Below, in pieces: positions 48,110 through 58,402 of a stretch of DNA of 64,000 bases (its first letter is position 1; the number at the start of each line of letters is the position of its first letter). The translations under genes were made by a program, and so were the position numbers. Under the pieces are notes generated by a model. It made no database searches and was not told where the DNA came from. It saw only the letters and a program-made list of their open reading frames with translations. The stretch covers positions 1 to 64,000 of IMG/VR virus record IMGVR_UViG_3300037042_004000; one strand, 5' to 3'. This DNA comes from a virus.

Positions 48110-51100
48110 AACATAGTTTTCTGAACAGGTTGACTCTGACTAATTTGCGGTTTCACAATTGGTTGTTGCACCTGTGGCTTCACAATAGGTTGTATTGGTA
48201 TTACCTTTTCTTTTTCTGTCTTCCAACGAGTTGCCAAATTCGGTAATTGTGGATCTTTATTAACTGCTGCCGTTATTGCATTTCTAATAGGCCCTTTGAA
48301 GCGTCTTTGGAATTCTGAACCATTGGAATTAAATAAGTCTGATCCTATTCTTATCTTATTGTTTGAGACGATTTCTTCGGCTCTTGCATAATTTCCAAGT
48401 CTGTCTTTATTATTAGTATCGTAAGCGTCTGGATGTGTTAATCCGTCTAATAGTGTTTTTATTTTTTCATACATTGGCATTGCCCGTGTCACTTCTGTTC
48501 GGTAATGCTGTACTATAAAATTGGTTTTCTTTTCCACCTCATCTCTTTCTTCTGCGCTCATTGCTTGTAATTCTCTGGCAGTTCCTAACAAAAGCATGTC
48601 TAATTGAATCATTTTCTCAAGACGATTTTCGCTGGTTCTTTTACTGATAATTTCAAGCATTTCTTGACAATGAACAACCAAATTTTTAAGTTGATTGTCG
48701 GCACCAACTGGTTTAACATTTGTTAACAATTGATGGACAATGTTGCTTTGGTCAATATTTTCCACACCATCTGTCCTACCGCTTAATTGATTGGCGATTT
48801 GTTGTTTTTGAGAAGTAAGTGCTTGGGATATGGCTTGTCCATGTTTTGCAGAATGAGACTTCATATGTTCTTCAATTTCGGCCTCTGTTGGCTTTCTTCC
48901 ATTGTCTCTTTCAAAAGTAACGATATATCCTAATTGCATAAGATTAAAAGCTCTGTGTGCTTTTTTGACCAATTGAACAAGAGCATAGTCTTCTATATCA
49001 AAGTGTTTCGTAATGTCTAATACATCAGCATCTAAGTTGCCTTTTTGCACATCTGCTTGTGTGTCTTCCACATCGCTTTGAATTGTTTTGCCACCAGCTA
49101 ACCAATTACGAATAGAACTGATATCACGACTTGTCACAACACCCTCTTGTTCGCTTCTGCCCTCAAAGCCCTTTAATATAAATCCAGTAAATGCGTCTGG
49201 ATTCATATTTGGATTTTTCATTAGCTGTAACAATCTTTGTTTATCTTCTTGTGTCAAGTTTTTGCTTAGAGGTTCTGACGCTTGGATATCTGGCGTTGCT
49301 GCCCGTGTTCCCATTTTTCTGCGGGCTTCTCGTTGACGGCGAGTACCGTTCTCGGCAATATCTAATTGCCACATAGATTTTGCATAATCATAACCCATTC
49401 TCATTATCTTATTTCTTAAAACTATGACTTTTTTGGATAGATTCTTTTTCAAGTTGCTAGCGATTTTTCCATATTCTGTAATTTTTCGTGTATCATTGTC
49501 GGCTTTTGCTTTGTCTAATTTTTCTTGAGCATCTTTATATTCATCTTCTACTTCAATAAAATCTTGATACTGGGCTTTTCCCAGATTGCGTTTTACATAG
49601 TATTGTGCGTTTTTATAAAGTAATTGAAGTCCTGATTTTAGAGCCAAATACTCTGGACTTCCTTCTGGTAATTTAGATAGGAAAGAATTGATTCCTATAC
49701 CAATTGGTCCCAACCTTACCTTTTCTTCTCCAATTTGATCTTGAATAAATCTAACATTTGTTCTTGCTTTATCTCGTTGTCCACGAATTTGAAAAAGTCT
49801 TCTCATAATATCGTAAGCGCCTTCTTCTGTTTGCGAATAATGAGATATCCAATTTTGCGCAGTTTTAAAACTGTTTTCTCCTTTCTTGCCTTTTTTAGCA
49901 ACTAGGCGATTTTTCAATTCTTCAGATAGTTTTCTGTCTCCCCAATGAAATGCTTGTCCACTTGCATCTTCATCAGGCATATCATGTAGCTTAAATTGAT
50001 TTCTTAATTTATTCCATTTCTCTGCCAAAGACAATCTTGGGTGTCCTTGGGTAGTTGGAGATCTTCGTTGTTTTACAAAATTTTCTAAAAGATTAACTTC
50101 GTTGTCCAATCTAGTCAAAGCGTTTTGTTGGGATATTAACTCCGCATTTAATTGCTCATCATCTAAAAATGGATATTTATCAACAACAGGAGTTTCGTCG
50201 TCACTTATGCCAGAATAACCAAAGTATTTTTCATGTTCTTGTTCATAACGATCTGTTTTCTCTTGACTGGTTTGATGATATCTTTTAGTCCCTTTATTTG
50301 GATCACTGCCACCAGCACGAATGTAATGATACATGCTGTGTTGTCGATTGTTAACGTAAAAATTATAATCGTGTTCGTCAGCTAAACCTTTTTTGTTTTC
50401 TAATGTGTTGCTATATTTACTTAATGTGTCATTTTCACCAGGGACATGGCTACATGTGTCCAACACAATGGCTTTTGCCTGTTCTGTCAATGTGTTGATG
50501 TAACTTGCTGGTCCTTCTGATATGAGTTGGAGAATTTCTTGTTGATTTTTTTGTCGCCATCCAAAAAAGTATCTATTCAAATGATCGACAACCTTTTTTA
50601 AGCCCATCCAATAAGTAATTTCTTCTGTCAATCTAGTTTCGTCAGAAGGGTCTAAAGTCCCTCTTAGAACCTTTTCATCATATTCTTGTTGTAATCTTTG
50701 TATGCTGTTTTCTGGATGTCCATTTTTTAAATCGTCTGCTATTTTACCACTTTTAGTTGTGTCTTTTAAATCTCTAGCAGCCCGATCTCGCATAGCCGTT
50801 GTACTTTCATACATTCTATACATTGTATTGTTGATTAGTTTTCCTCTCTGCAATATGGGTAGAGGCTCAGAAATAGATTCTACTTTACCATCACTTGTGA
50901 TATACTTCCAAACTCGAACGGCAACGTTTTTATCTTGAGCCACACCATAATCGAGACCTTTAATTGCCATTGTGTATTTTTGGCTTTGATTTTGTCTTCT
51001 ATCTGAAGAAAGATCCAATCTCCAATGTCTTCCTTCTTGAGAAGGTTCTTCCGAAAGTTTAGGATCTAGATAAGTAATATCATATGTTTGCAATATGGAT

Positions 51101-52113
51101 TCTCTGTCACTATTGTCCTCTTTATTTATGGCTTCTATGAAAGTACCATCCCTTACAGGAGCCTTTAAATTAGACTCGTCTTTTTTAGGACGGCTAGGAT
51201 TAATGGTAAATTGGTCATCTTCCTTCTTTCCACTCCAATTAACTCTAGGTGCAGTATCAAGCATTTTTCGTCTGGGGTCATTAATTGGGCCTGATAACCA
51301 TCCATCAGAAATCATTTTTAACCAAGCACTTAGGCGTATGCCTGCCATCTGTTGACTCATACCAGTATAACCTTTGAAAACCCATGCGTAATCTGGATCG
51401 TTAGCTCTATCTACACGTTTTCCTTCTTCTTGACCAGCTTGCTTCTTTTCTCTAGCTTTTATTTTTGCAGGAGAATCAATTTTTTGGATAGGATTTACAT
51501 TAACATTAGATGCTGTTTTTCCTTTGCTAATTTGACCACCAGGAACATAATCTCCTAAAACATAACCGTAATCTCCATATCCCTTCTCATAATATTTTTC
51601 TCGCTTTTCTTTTCCTGATAATCCTTCCATTTCGGCAGGATCTACATCTTCCATAGTCTTTTTTCTAAAATAAGGGTCATGGACATCAGCGGTTAGTCTG
51701 TCATAAATTTGTCCAGCCATTTTACTTACAAAATAGGTGAAATATTTACCTTGTATTTTTAATGTTACAAATCCATAATCATTGGAAACATCATGAGGAT
51801 CATATTGGGTGCCATTTTGTTTGGCTAATTGTACTTTTTTATGGGTTTCTTGAATCAAAGTATTGTAACGATAGGAAAGAGCTTGTTTCCAATGACGTGG
51901 TGGGAATTGATATAAAAAAGCAATATCGTTATTATCAAATAAAACTGGTGCTTTTCTAATGTCTTCTTCTTCTTTTCCACCAATTAAAGTGGCGGGAGCA
52001 GCCATTTCAAGATAGGCTTCCCACTCTTCTTCTGTGTCTATTTTCCCAGTTAGACAGATTTTTTCAAAAAGCCGACAATGTTCTCGTTCTACTAGATAAT
52101 TAAAGAAATCCAT
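48106..52113 (-). CDS. 1335-aa cargo-motif protein of unknown function
   Basis: MDFFNYLVE; TATATA-N4-ATG. Confidence 0.75.
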   Translation of the reverse strand: MDFFNYLVEREHCRLFEKICLTGKIDTEEEWEAYLEMAAPATLIGGKEEEDIRKAPVLFDNNDIAFLYQFPPRHWKQALSYRYNTLIQETHKKVQLAKQNGTQYDPHDVSNDYGFVTLKIQGKYFTYFVSKMAGQIYDRLTADVHDPYFRKKTMEDVDPAEMEGLSGKEKREKYYEKGYGDYGYVLGDYVPGGQISKGKTASNVNVNPIQKIDSPAKIKAREKKQAGQEEGKRVDRANDPDYAWVFKGYTGMSQQMAGIRLSAWLKMISDGWLSGPINDPRRKMLDTAPRVNWSGKKEDDQFTINPSRPKKDESNLKAPVRDGTFIEAINKEDNSDRESILQTYDITYLDPKLSEEPSQEGRHWRLDLSSDRRQNQSQKYTMAIKGLDYGVAQDKNVAVRVWKYITSDGKVESISEPLPILQRGKLINNTMYRMYESTTAMRDRAARDLKDTTKSGKIADDLKNGHPENSIQRLQQEYDEKVLRGTLDPSDETRLTEEITYWMGLKKVVDHLNRYFFGWRQKNQQEILQLISEGPASYINTLTEQAKAIVLDTCSHVPGENDTLSKYSNTLENKKGLADEHDYNFYVNNRQHSMYHYIRAGGSDPNKGTKRYHQTSQEKTDRYEQEHEKYFGYSGISDDETPVVDKYPFLDDEQLNAELISQQNALTRLDNEVNLLENFVKQRRSPTTQGHPRLSLAEKWNKLRNQFKLHDMPDEDASGQAFHWGDRKLSEELKNRLVAKKGKKGENSFKTAQNWISHYSQTEEGAYDIMRRLFQIRGQRDKARTNVRFIQDQIGEEKVRLGPIGIGINSFLSKLPEGSPEYLALKSGLQLLYKNAQYYVKRNLGKAQYQDFIEVEDEYKDAQEKLDKAKADNDTRKITEYGKIASNLKKNLSKKVIVLRNKIMRMGYDYAKSMWQLDIAENGTRRQREARRKMGTRAATPDIQASEPLSKNLTQEDKQRLLQLMKNPNMNPDAFTGFILKGFEGRSEQEGVVTSRDISSIRNWLAGGKTIQSDVEDTQADVQKGNLDADVLDITKHFDIEDYALVQLVKKAHRAFNLMQLGYIVTFERDNGRKPTEAEIEEHMKSHSAKHGQAISQALTSQKQQIANQLSGRTDGVENIDQSNIVHQLLTNVKPVGADNQLKNLVVHCQEMLEIISKRTSENRLEKMIQLDMLLLGTARELQAMSAEERDEVEKKTNFIVQHYRTEVTRAMPMYEKIKTLLDGLTHPDAYDTNNKDRLGNYARAEEIVSNNKIRIGSDLFNSNGSEFQRRFKGPIRNAITAAVNKDPQLPNLATRWKTEKEKVIPIQPIVKPQVQQPIVKPQISQSQPVQKTMF

Positions 52114-52128
52114 GCAATATATAGGATG

Positions 52129-52527
52129 CTATTGTCCAAATTTATCTTTTAGATCGCCAGCTAATTTAGATAATCCCTCTGGATTCAAATATTGCCCTTG
52201 TAGAGCATTAGGTGGTGGATTTTCTACCTTTTTGGCTCTATCTAGACATTCTTGGATATATTTGGCATCTTTAGGATTGTCTGGGTCTAATACTTCTTCT
52301 TCGGCAATTGCCACAACATGGGGCAAAGCAACCCATGTTCTGAGTTGTTTTGGCAATTGTTTAATAATAACTCCGCTTTCTGAGATGGATTCTATTTCTC
52401 CCATAAAATAACGAAATAGGATTTGAACATATCCTTTGGGATCTTCTTTAAATAAATCCCTGGCTGTCTGACTGGTAAAAACACTACAAATTTTACCTTC
52501 AAAATATTTTAAATTTGGGTGTATCAT
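52129..52527 (-). CDS. Hypothetical protein
   Basis: ORF track; ATGA coupling. Confidence 0.6.
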   Translation of the reverse strand: MIHPNLKYFEGKICSVFTSQTARDLFKEDPKGYVQILFRYFMGEIESISESGVIIKQLPKQLRTWVALPHVVAIAEEEVLDPDNPKDAKYIQECLDRAKKVENPPPNALQGQYLNPEGLSKLAGDLKDKFGQ

Positions 52528-52811
52528 TTACAATCACATCCACAGGAACAAGATCCGCTACTCTCTTCACAGGAACTAGGCTCCATTAGTATTCGTTTTA
52601 ATTCGTCTATTGGTGGGACTCTTCCAGCAGTTTTAACTTTGCCATCTATGATAAGTGCAGGAAGTATCAATACGCCATAATGACTAATTTCATTAATGTT
52701 TGTTACTTTTTGAATAGACGCTTTAATGTTGAGTTGGGTCACCATCTGTTCTGTTTGCTCGGCTAATCTTTTACATTTTTCACAACCAGAACCTAATATT
52801 TTAATTTCCAC
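52524..52811 (-). CDS. Small thioredoxin-like redox protein (MTH895 type)
   Basis: IKILGSGCEKC, YGVLILPALIIDG. Confidence 0.9.
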   Translation of the reverse strand: MEIKILGSGCEKCKRLAEQTEQMVTQLNIKASIQKVTNINEISHYGVLILPALIIDGKVKTAGRVPPIDELKRILMEPSSCEESSGSCSCGCDCK

Positions 52812-52843
52812 AGTATGCTCCTTTGTATAAAATAGAATAGTAA

Positions 52844-53908
52844 CTACATTGCTAATTGCAACAGATATTCATCGGTAACAGGTTTTTCTGAAACTTCTAA
52901 ATAATGAATTAATAATTTGGGTCCAACATTCACAAGCATTGCGTTCCAATCTTTGTAAATTTGTGGAGGTCTGACGAAAGATATTTTCATTCCTCTTGCC
53001 TGCATTTTTTCTATCATGTTTTTAATGCCTTCTTTGCCTGCCGAGTCGGAATCGAGACATAACACAATTTGGTATGGTTGTAAGAATTCCAGTTGTTTAT
53101 CAGAAATATTTTTGCCACCAAAAGCAGCAGAATATGTTTTAAATTCTCCAGCATAATAGATAGAGATGGCATCGAATTCGCCTTCCGTCAAAAAAAGCTT
53201 AGCTCCTTCTTTAGGCCAAGTTCCTTCTTCTATCATAGCGCTAGGAAAAAACAGAACATCACCTTTACCTAATCCGACTGTTATTTGTGGCCCAAGATAT
53301 TTTGGAACCTTATCATTGTCCCCAATATATCGACCATTGTAATAAATTAGTCTTCCATCATTGTTGTAATATGGGATTACAATTCTTTGACGATATCGCC
53401 CATTAGTAGAAATTAGTAGACCGTCTGTAGATAATTTTCTTTTGTTTAAGTATGTTTCTGCTTCTATGCGATAACGACTGCTTGTAGGTATTTCATTTAT
53501 TGGATAAGTAAATGGTGGTAGGTTTAAAAATTCAGGTTTTTTTTCTTCAACAATTACTGGTTCTGGTGGTTTGATAAATAATTTTTCTATTTCTTTTTCT
53601 AGGTCTCTAATATCATTGTTTTCACTGCCCAAAATAAAACAAGCTTCTTCAAATGAACATTTTTCTATCTCCATTAGGAGCCCTATGATTGTTCCCGTTT
53701 TGCCCGAGGACCAACAATGATAGCAACCGTTCGATATTTGTTTTTTTCCACCTTTAGTATCGCAATGAAGAGAATGTTCACGATCACGCCGACCACTCGA
53801 TGTTTGAAAACAGGTATTTATTCTTATGATCGAATCCCCAACTGTGACAACATCACCAGGGAACTTGCTTTCACACCATTCAACAAATTTTTCAAAATTT
53901 ATTGACAT
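52844..53908 (-). CDS. DNA primase (TOPRIM)
   Basis: RIVIPY, YNGR, PKY, LTEGEFDAIS, CLDSDSAG, KDWN. Confidence 0.9.
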   Translation of the reverse strand: MSINFEKFVEWCESKFPGDVVTVGDSIIRINTCFQTSSGRRDREHSLHCDTKGGKKQISNGCYHCWSSGKTGTIIGLLMEIEKCSFEEACFILGSENNDIRDLEKEIEKLFIKPPEPVIVEEKKPEFLNLPPFTYPINEIPTSSRYRIEAETYLNKRKLSTDGLLISTNGRYRQRIVIPYYNNDGRLIYYNGRYIGDNDKVPKYLGPQITVGLGKGDVLFFPSAMIEEGTWPKEGAKLFLTEGEFDAISIYYAGEFKTYSAAFGGKNISDKQLEFLQPYQIVLCLDSDSAGKEGIKNMIEKMQARGMKISFVRPPQIYKDWNAMLVNVGPKLLIHYLEVSEKPVTDEYLLQLAM

Positions 53909-54897
53909 TTTATCTCAACACCCCTTTGTTCCAACCATTTTAAAAAATCTTTCTCTGAATATTTACAACCTTTTGAAATATTGTTTAACAACAGCATGGG
54001 CTGTAAATTATCAAGACAGTTTATTAATTTTACATTTGTTATATTGTGATCCACGAATGCTTTGATGGGGAAAATGTGGTCAACAGACCATTTTCCATCT
54101 TTTATTTTATGCCAATTTGGATGATTTGTCAAATGTTTTTCGAGGTCAATTCTTGTATAGCCAAGCAAGTCTGCACTTTTACATTTTTTTGTTTGTCCAA
54201 TTGCCAATAATGTGTGTTTAACTAATTTTTGACAACGATTTTGCATCACTTTATTAAATTTAACTCTTTCTCTGTCGGGGTTCCATGCTGGATTATTAGG
54301 GCCTTTACGACGGTCAAGATAGGCACTGCCAGTAGTTGTTTCTATTATCTTTTTAATTCCACATTTTCGACATCTTTGTCCCATTTTGAATTTACAAAAT
54401 CTTATTATGTTTTCTTCGCCACATTCACATATGTACTTCATTGGTGTATTTGCGTCTGTATATTTATCTAATAGTTTACATTTGTTGTCTAAGAAATATT
54501 GATTAACATCTTCTTGTTTCCATTTTCTTTTTTCAAGACTACACTTTTTGCAACAACCGCTTTTTATAAATCTATGAAAGATAGTAACTGCTTCTTCGCC
54601 ACAGAAGCAAATATATCGTAATTTTTGTAGGCTATTAATGTATTTATTTTCTAATAAAACACATCCATGTTCTTCAAAACATTTTTTGATATAATCATAT
54701 TCCAATTGCTTGCTGCCACCACAAACTATACATCTATTACCCGATTTAAAATTGGCCCAAGAAATAAATCCTTCGTGCCCATTTTTACAAACATATTTCA
54801 TTTTAGTGGTATTGTTGATGTATTCTTTTTCCAATAATTGGCAGCCATTGTCCGTAAAATATTTTTTAACATACTCATAATTTAATTTTTTTCCCAT
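53899..54897 (-). CDS. HNH homing-endonuclease-like protein with three N-terminal zinc-finger repeats (start revised)
   Basis: Y(V/I)CxxG...RCxxC x3; WSVDHIFPI...NLQPM...NISKG. Confidence 0.8.
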   Translation of the reverse strand: MGKKLNYEYVKKYFTDNGCQLLEKEYINNTTKMKYVCKNGHEGFISWANFKSGNRCIVCGGSKQLEYDYIKKCFEEHGCVLLENKYINSLQKLRYICFCGEEAVTIFHRFIKSGCCKKCSLEKRKWKQEDVNQYFLDNKCKLLDKYTDANTPMKYICECGEENIIRFCKFKMGQRCRKCGIKKIIETTTGSAYLDRRKGPNNPAWNPDRERVKFNKVMQNRCQKLVKHTLLAIGQTKKCKSADLLGYTRIDLEKHLTNHPNWHKIKDGKWSVDHIFPIKAFVDHNITNVKLINCLDNLQPMLLLNNISKGCKYSEKDFLKWLEQRGVEIKCQ

Positions 54898-54934
54898 ACT
54901 CTTATATAGTATATTTGTTTCAGAAAAAAGCGAT

Positions 54935-55111
54935 ATGAGCGATTTAATTACTCCAAAAAAAGCAGCGGAAATTTTAGGTGTGTTGCCGAATACTATAAGA
55001 AATTGGGAACGGGACAATAAAATCTCCGCCATTAAAACTTTAGGTGGTCATCGACGTTACCATTTAGATGAAATTAAAAAATTGCTTGAAAATAATAACA
55101 AAAAGGATTAA
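54935..55111 (+). CDS. 58-aa MerR-type HTH protein (like the IS607 TnpA N-domain or an excisionase); not in the ORF track
   Basis: MSDLITPKKAAEILGVLPNTIRNWERDNKISAIKTLGGHRRYHLDEI. Confidence 0.85.
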   Translation: MSDLITPKKAAEILGVLPNTIRNWERDNKISAIKTLGGHRRYHLDEIKKLLENNNKKD

Positions 55112-55120
55112 AATAAAATA

Positions 55121-55897
55121 ATGAATTGTAATCATATTAGTGTGAGTCGGCACGATTGTTGGAAGTTATGCCAAAAATCTTATTATTACCGTTACCATGT
55201 AAAAGTGCCTTCGCAGTTTTCCCCGTTTTATTTTACTTATGGAACAATTTTTCACAAATGTGCCGAGGAATTCGTCCGTCATGAAGGTAAAAAGAGCCTT
55301 GGAATTATATCGAAAGAGATTTTAGAGGGCAAAATTCCGATTGAAGAACATAATGGAATTATTAAATATGCTCCTAAATTACCTGCTGAATATAAAGAAA
55401 AGTTCCCAAATCATTTAAAAGCACTCCAAAAATTAACCGATCAGATAGGTTTTGAAGGTAAAAATGAGATAGAATGGTCATTTGAATATGATTTAGAGCC
55501 ACCAAATAATAAATGTGTAGTGGGGTTTATTGACCGTCTTATTATTAAAAATGATAAATACTTCATTATTGATTATAAAACTAGCAAAAATAATGGTTGG
55601 CGTAAGACCCCTAAAACTATTATAAACGACCTTCAACTTCAAGTTTATGCCAGAGTAGTTCAAAAAACCTTTAATGTTGACGCTAAAGCGGTCCAGGCAG
55701 CATTATATTATGTAGATGGTGGAAACCTAGTTGGAGCCCGTTTTACAAACGAAACGCTGCTACGAGCCGAGCAGGAGCTTTTAAGGGCATACTGTGACAT
55801 CATCTCTACCGAACCTAATAAAGCCTATGCTAATGTAGGGGAACATTGTCGGAGATGTGAATTTAATAGTCTCTGCCCGCATTATAAAAAGAAGTGA
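55121..55897 (+). CDS. PD-(D/E)XK Cas4/AddB-like exonuclease
   Basis: GTIFH, GFIDRL, IIDYKTS, QLQVYA, CRRCEFNSLC. Confidence 0.9.
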   Translation: MNCNHISVSRHDCWKLCQKSYYYRYHVKVPSQFSPFYFTYGTIFHKCAEEFVRHEGKKSLGIISKEILEGKIPIEEHNGIIKYAPKLPAEYKEKFPNHLKALQKLTDQIGFEGKNEIEWSFEYDLEPPNNKCVVGFIDRLIIKNDKYFIIDYKTSKNNGWRKTPKTIINDLQLQVYARVVQKTFNVDAKAVQAALYYVDGGNLVGARFTNETLLRAEQELLRAYCDIISTEPNKAYANVGEHCRRCEFNSLCPHYKKK

Positions 55898-55949
55898 TTT
55901 TAATAAATAGATTATAGAATTAAAACAAAGGAAATTTATTACACTACAA

Positions 55950-56207
55950 ATGTATGAAACGGCACAAAAAATGAATAAATTTATTGTTCATATAATTTGT
56001 GAAGGCCGAGAAGATGCCTTTGATGGAGTGACCTTTATTTCTTTAGTTGATGCATTTCCGAGAATTGGGGAAAAGATCGCCATTGAAGATGGTAATGTAT
56101 GTGAGGTCGTAGGCATAATACACAAACAATCTGTAATTCGTGAAAATGGAGAAATTACTTCTATTATTTTAGTTCCTAATGTAATGGCGAAATTACAAAA
56201 CAAATAA
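55950..56207 (+). CDS. Hypothetical protein
   Basis: ORF track; PRIGE motif. Confidence 0.55.
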   Translation: MYETAQKMNKFIVHIICEGREDAFDGVTFISLVDAFPRIGEKIAIEDGNVCEVVGIIHKQSVIRENGEITSIILVPNVMAKLQNK

Positions 56208-56972
56208 TCAAGGCAAAATGATATAACTCTTAGGATATCGTCTACCAGGATTAATATAATCAATAATTGGTATTTCTTGGGCGAAACTATAGGAATTTAC
56301 CAACCATCCATATCCATTTCTTTTATAAACGGCTCTAATATTTTCTAAATTAGTAAACCAACCTTTCCCCATACCGTGTTTTATGTCGTTACTGGCAAAA
56401 CAAGTGCCAACATAATATTCTTTATCCAATAGTCCACCACCAGACCGTCCCGATCTTGGACTATTTAGACGAGTAGAAATAATACCCCCTACTTGCTCAA
56501 TAAATTCTACAGAATAAACAGCTACTTCATCTCCAAAATCACATCCAGTTGATATAAGTTCTTTTCCAGGGTTCATTTTATAATTATTTGGGGCTATCGA
56601 AAAATACTTAGGCTTCCAATCAGGCTTAAAAACTACACAACTACTATCTTGTCCAGGTTTCAGGCTCCAAAATAAAACTTTTGCTTTATAGGTTCTAGGG
56701 ATTAGTAATTTAATTTTATTGTGATACCAAACAACAATTTTACAATCAGCAGAACTGTTCTCATCCCACAAATGTCCGCAGGATGCAACATAGGCGTTAT
56801 TATTTTTAGCATCATAATAAATAATTGTTCCACTACCATAATTATCACCCGCTTTAATAAGAACGCTAGCGCTTAAGTAATTGATATATTTTAAGCCTCT
56901 TTGTGGAAGTGGATCACCAAATACCTTGTTGACAAAACATGCCAAAAAAAGTAAAATTATAAAGCGTTTCAT
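56208..56972 (-). CDS. Secreted trypsin-like serine protease
   Basis: Signal peptide; GSG, SCGH, QD, GRSGGGL triad motifs. Confidence 0.8.
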   Translation of the reverse strand: MKRFIILLFLACFVNKVFGDPLPQRGLKYINYLSASVLIKAGDNYGSGTIIYYDAKNNNAYVASCGHLWDENSSADCKIVVWYHNKIKLLIPRTYKAKVLFWSLKPGQDSSCVVFKPDWKPKYFSIAPNNYKMNPGKELISTGCDFGDEVAVYSVEFIEQVGGIISTRLNSPRSGRSGGGLLDKEYYVGTCFASNDIKHGMGKGWFTNLENIRAVYKRNGYGWLVNSYSFAQEIPIIDYINPGRRYPKSYIILP

Positions 56973-56983
56973 ATAAATTATAT

Positions 56984-57466
56984 ATGTCTATATTAATTGT
57001 GTCTCATAATATTTATCTAACTAGAGAAGAAAGATATTCTCTGGTCTCTAAAATCCCAATAGAGGTAGTTGGAGTAAGTATTCCTGTATGGGCCAAAGAA
57101 GGGGTTACTACAGAACCAGCAAAAGAGGTTTTTTGCAAATATGAAATATCAGACAATGGATCGAAAAAATTAGTTAGTTTTTCGAATAATAAATATCAAA
57201 TTGTTTTGCCAAGTTCTAATGGTCATATTGTATCAAGACCAACAAACGAAGAATGGCGACAGATAAGTAAAGAAAACCAAGAACTTTGGTATGAACACCA
57301 TCAACCTATTCCGACTTCTAAAAATCTTTTAGATATGAAAGACGGTGGTGCAGCTTATTTGAAGTTTAGGTATAGAACTATAATTGTTAAAGAAGAACAA
57401 AAAACCCCAGTTTTCCATTTTGTAGAGATTAAACCAATAGAAATTTTATTAGAATCACTTACTTAA
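56984..57466 (+). CDS. Hypothetical protein
   Basis: ORF track; divergent pair with the protease gene. Confidence 0.6.
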   Translation: MSILIVSHNIYLTREERYSLVSKIPIEVVGVSIPVWAKEGVTTEPAKEVFCKYEISDNGSKKLVSFSNNKYQIVLPSSNGHIVSRPTNEEWRQISKENQELWYEHHQPIPTSKNLLDMKDGGAAYLKFRYRTIIVKEEQKTPVFHFVEIKPIEILLESLT

Positions 57467-57969
57467 GGCGGGCAATCTCTCAAAGATATGCCCATTCTTA
57501 CATATATGCTTTGTCCACTAGTAACAGTCACACTATCTGTTAAAGCTACCGAGGAAATCAAATAACCAGTTGCATCTCCTTCATCAGTTAGGAAAAGATT
57601 TTGAACTGGTCCCCAACTACCACCAGTAGCCGAGAAAATTAAAATTGGACTTCTTGCGACTGTAATTCCACCTACTTCTGTCATGACAAACGTAGTAGAA
57701 GTAACCTGTTGTCTAGAATAGCCATTAATAGCTGGTTCGGCTATCAAAGACCCCATAGTTTGGGCAGCGGTTAGCGAGGATCTATTATCCAGGCCAAAAA
57801 AATACTTCTCTGGTATGCTTACACCATTGAAAAGAACCCCTAAGAAGAATTCTTCTCCAGTTGTGTGGATCATGTTTTTGAGATTTCTTTTTTCCCAAAT
57901 AACCTCGTTTTCTTTAGAAACAAGTTTAATTTCTTCAATGGTAATAATACCGTGCCAATTCTTATTCAT
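57463..57969 (-). CDS. Virion structural/fibre-base-like protein
   Basis: N.I..TGE, E...NGYSRQ, F.ATGGSWGPV, V..GQS. Confidence 0.6.
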   Translation of the reverse strand: MNKNWHGIITIEEIKLVSKENEVIWEKRNLKNMIHTTGEEFFLGVLFNGVSIPEKYFFGLDNRSSLTAAQTMGSLIAEPAINGYSRQQVTSTTFVMTEVGGITVARSPILIFSATGGSWGPVQNLFLTDEGDATGYLISSVALTDSVTVTSGQSIYVRMGISLRDCPP

Positions 57970-57984
57970 AGTAATATATAGTGT

Positions 57985-58191
57985 ATGCGATTATCTTTTC
58001 GAAACTGGTTAGAGGGTCAAACATTGGGTGGTGGTATAAGTCCACCACCCCAATCTCCAGTAGATCCAGAACCAGCACCCGGACAAAGTACGGGAGCCTT
58101 TTGGGATTGGAGCAAGAAAAAATTACCTCCAACTAAAAGGACTCCAGAAAATGCGTGGGAAAAAATGAAAACTAAAAAATCAAAGGTCTGA
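57985..58191 (+). CDS. Small Pro-rich cargo-motif protein
   Basis: MRLSFRNWLE; TATATA-N4-ATG. Confidence 0.6.
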   Translation: MRLSFRNWLEGQTLGGGISPPPQSPVDPEPAPGQSTGAFWDWSKKKLPPTKRTPENAWEKMKTKKSKV

Positions 58192-58368
58192 ATCGCCATC
58201 TTCCCATTCGTCTTCCTCTTCATCCCACTCTTCATCTTCTTCTTCGTCATCTTCATCTAAATCATCATCCCATTCGTCTTCATCATCTTCTGTTTCATAA
58301 GGATCAAATTCTTCTTCTTCATCTTCGTCATAATCATCTTGATACAAATTGTTTTCTCTGCTTTTCAT
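58180..58368 (-). CDS. Extremely acidic 62-aa protein
   Basis: AGGAG RBS; D/E-dominated with spaced W/Y/F. Confidence 0.6.
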   Translation of the reverse strand: MKSRENNLYQDDYDEDEEEEFDPYETEDDEDEWDDDLDEDDEEEDEEWDEEEDEWEDGDSDL

Positions 58369-58402
58369 GAACTATCTCCTATATAATATAAAGGTGTCGC
58401 AT

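Noticed and set aside
54898-55032. N-terminal extension of the HNH ORF given in the track
   Set aside because: It is antisense to a clear HTH gene; the ATG at 54897 fits the TATATA-N5 pattern
55121-55897. CRISPR-Cas locus based on the Cas4-like gene
   Set aside because: Stand-alone PD-(D/E)XK nuclease next to primase; no cas1/cas2 or array
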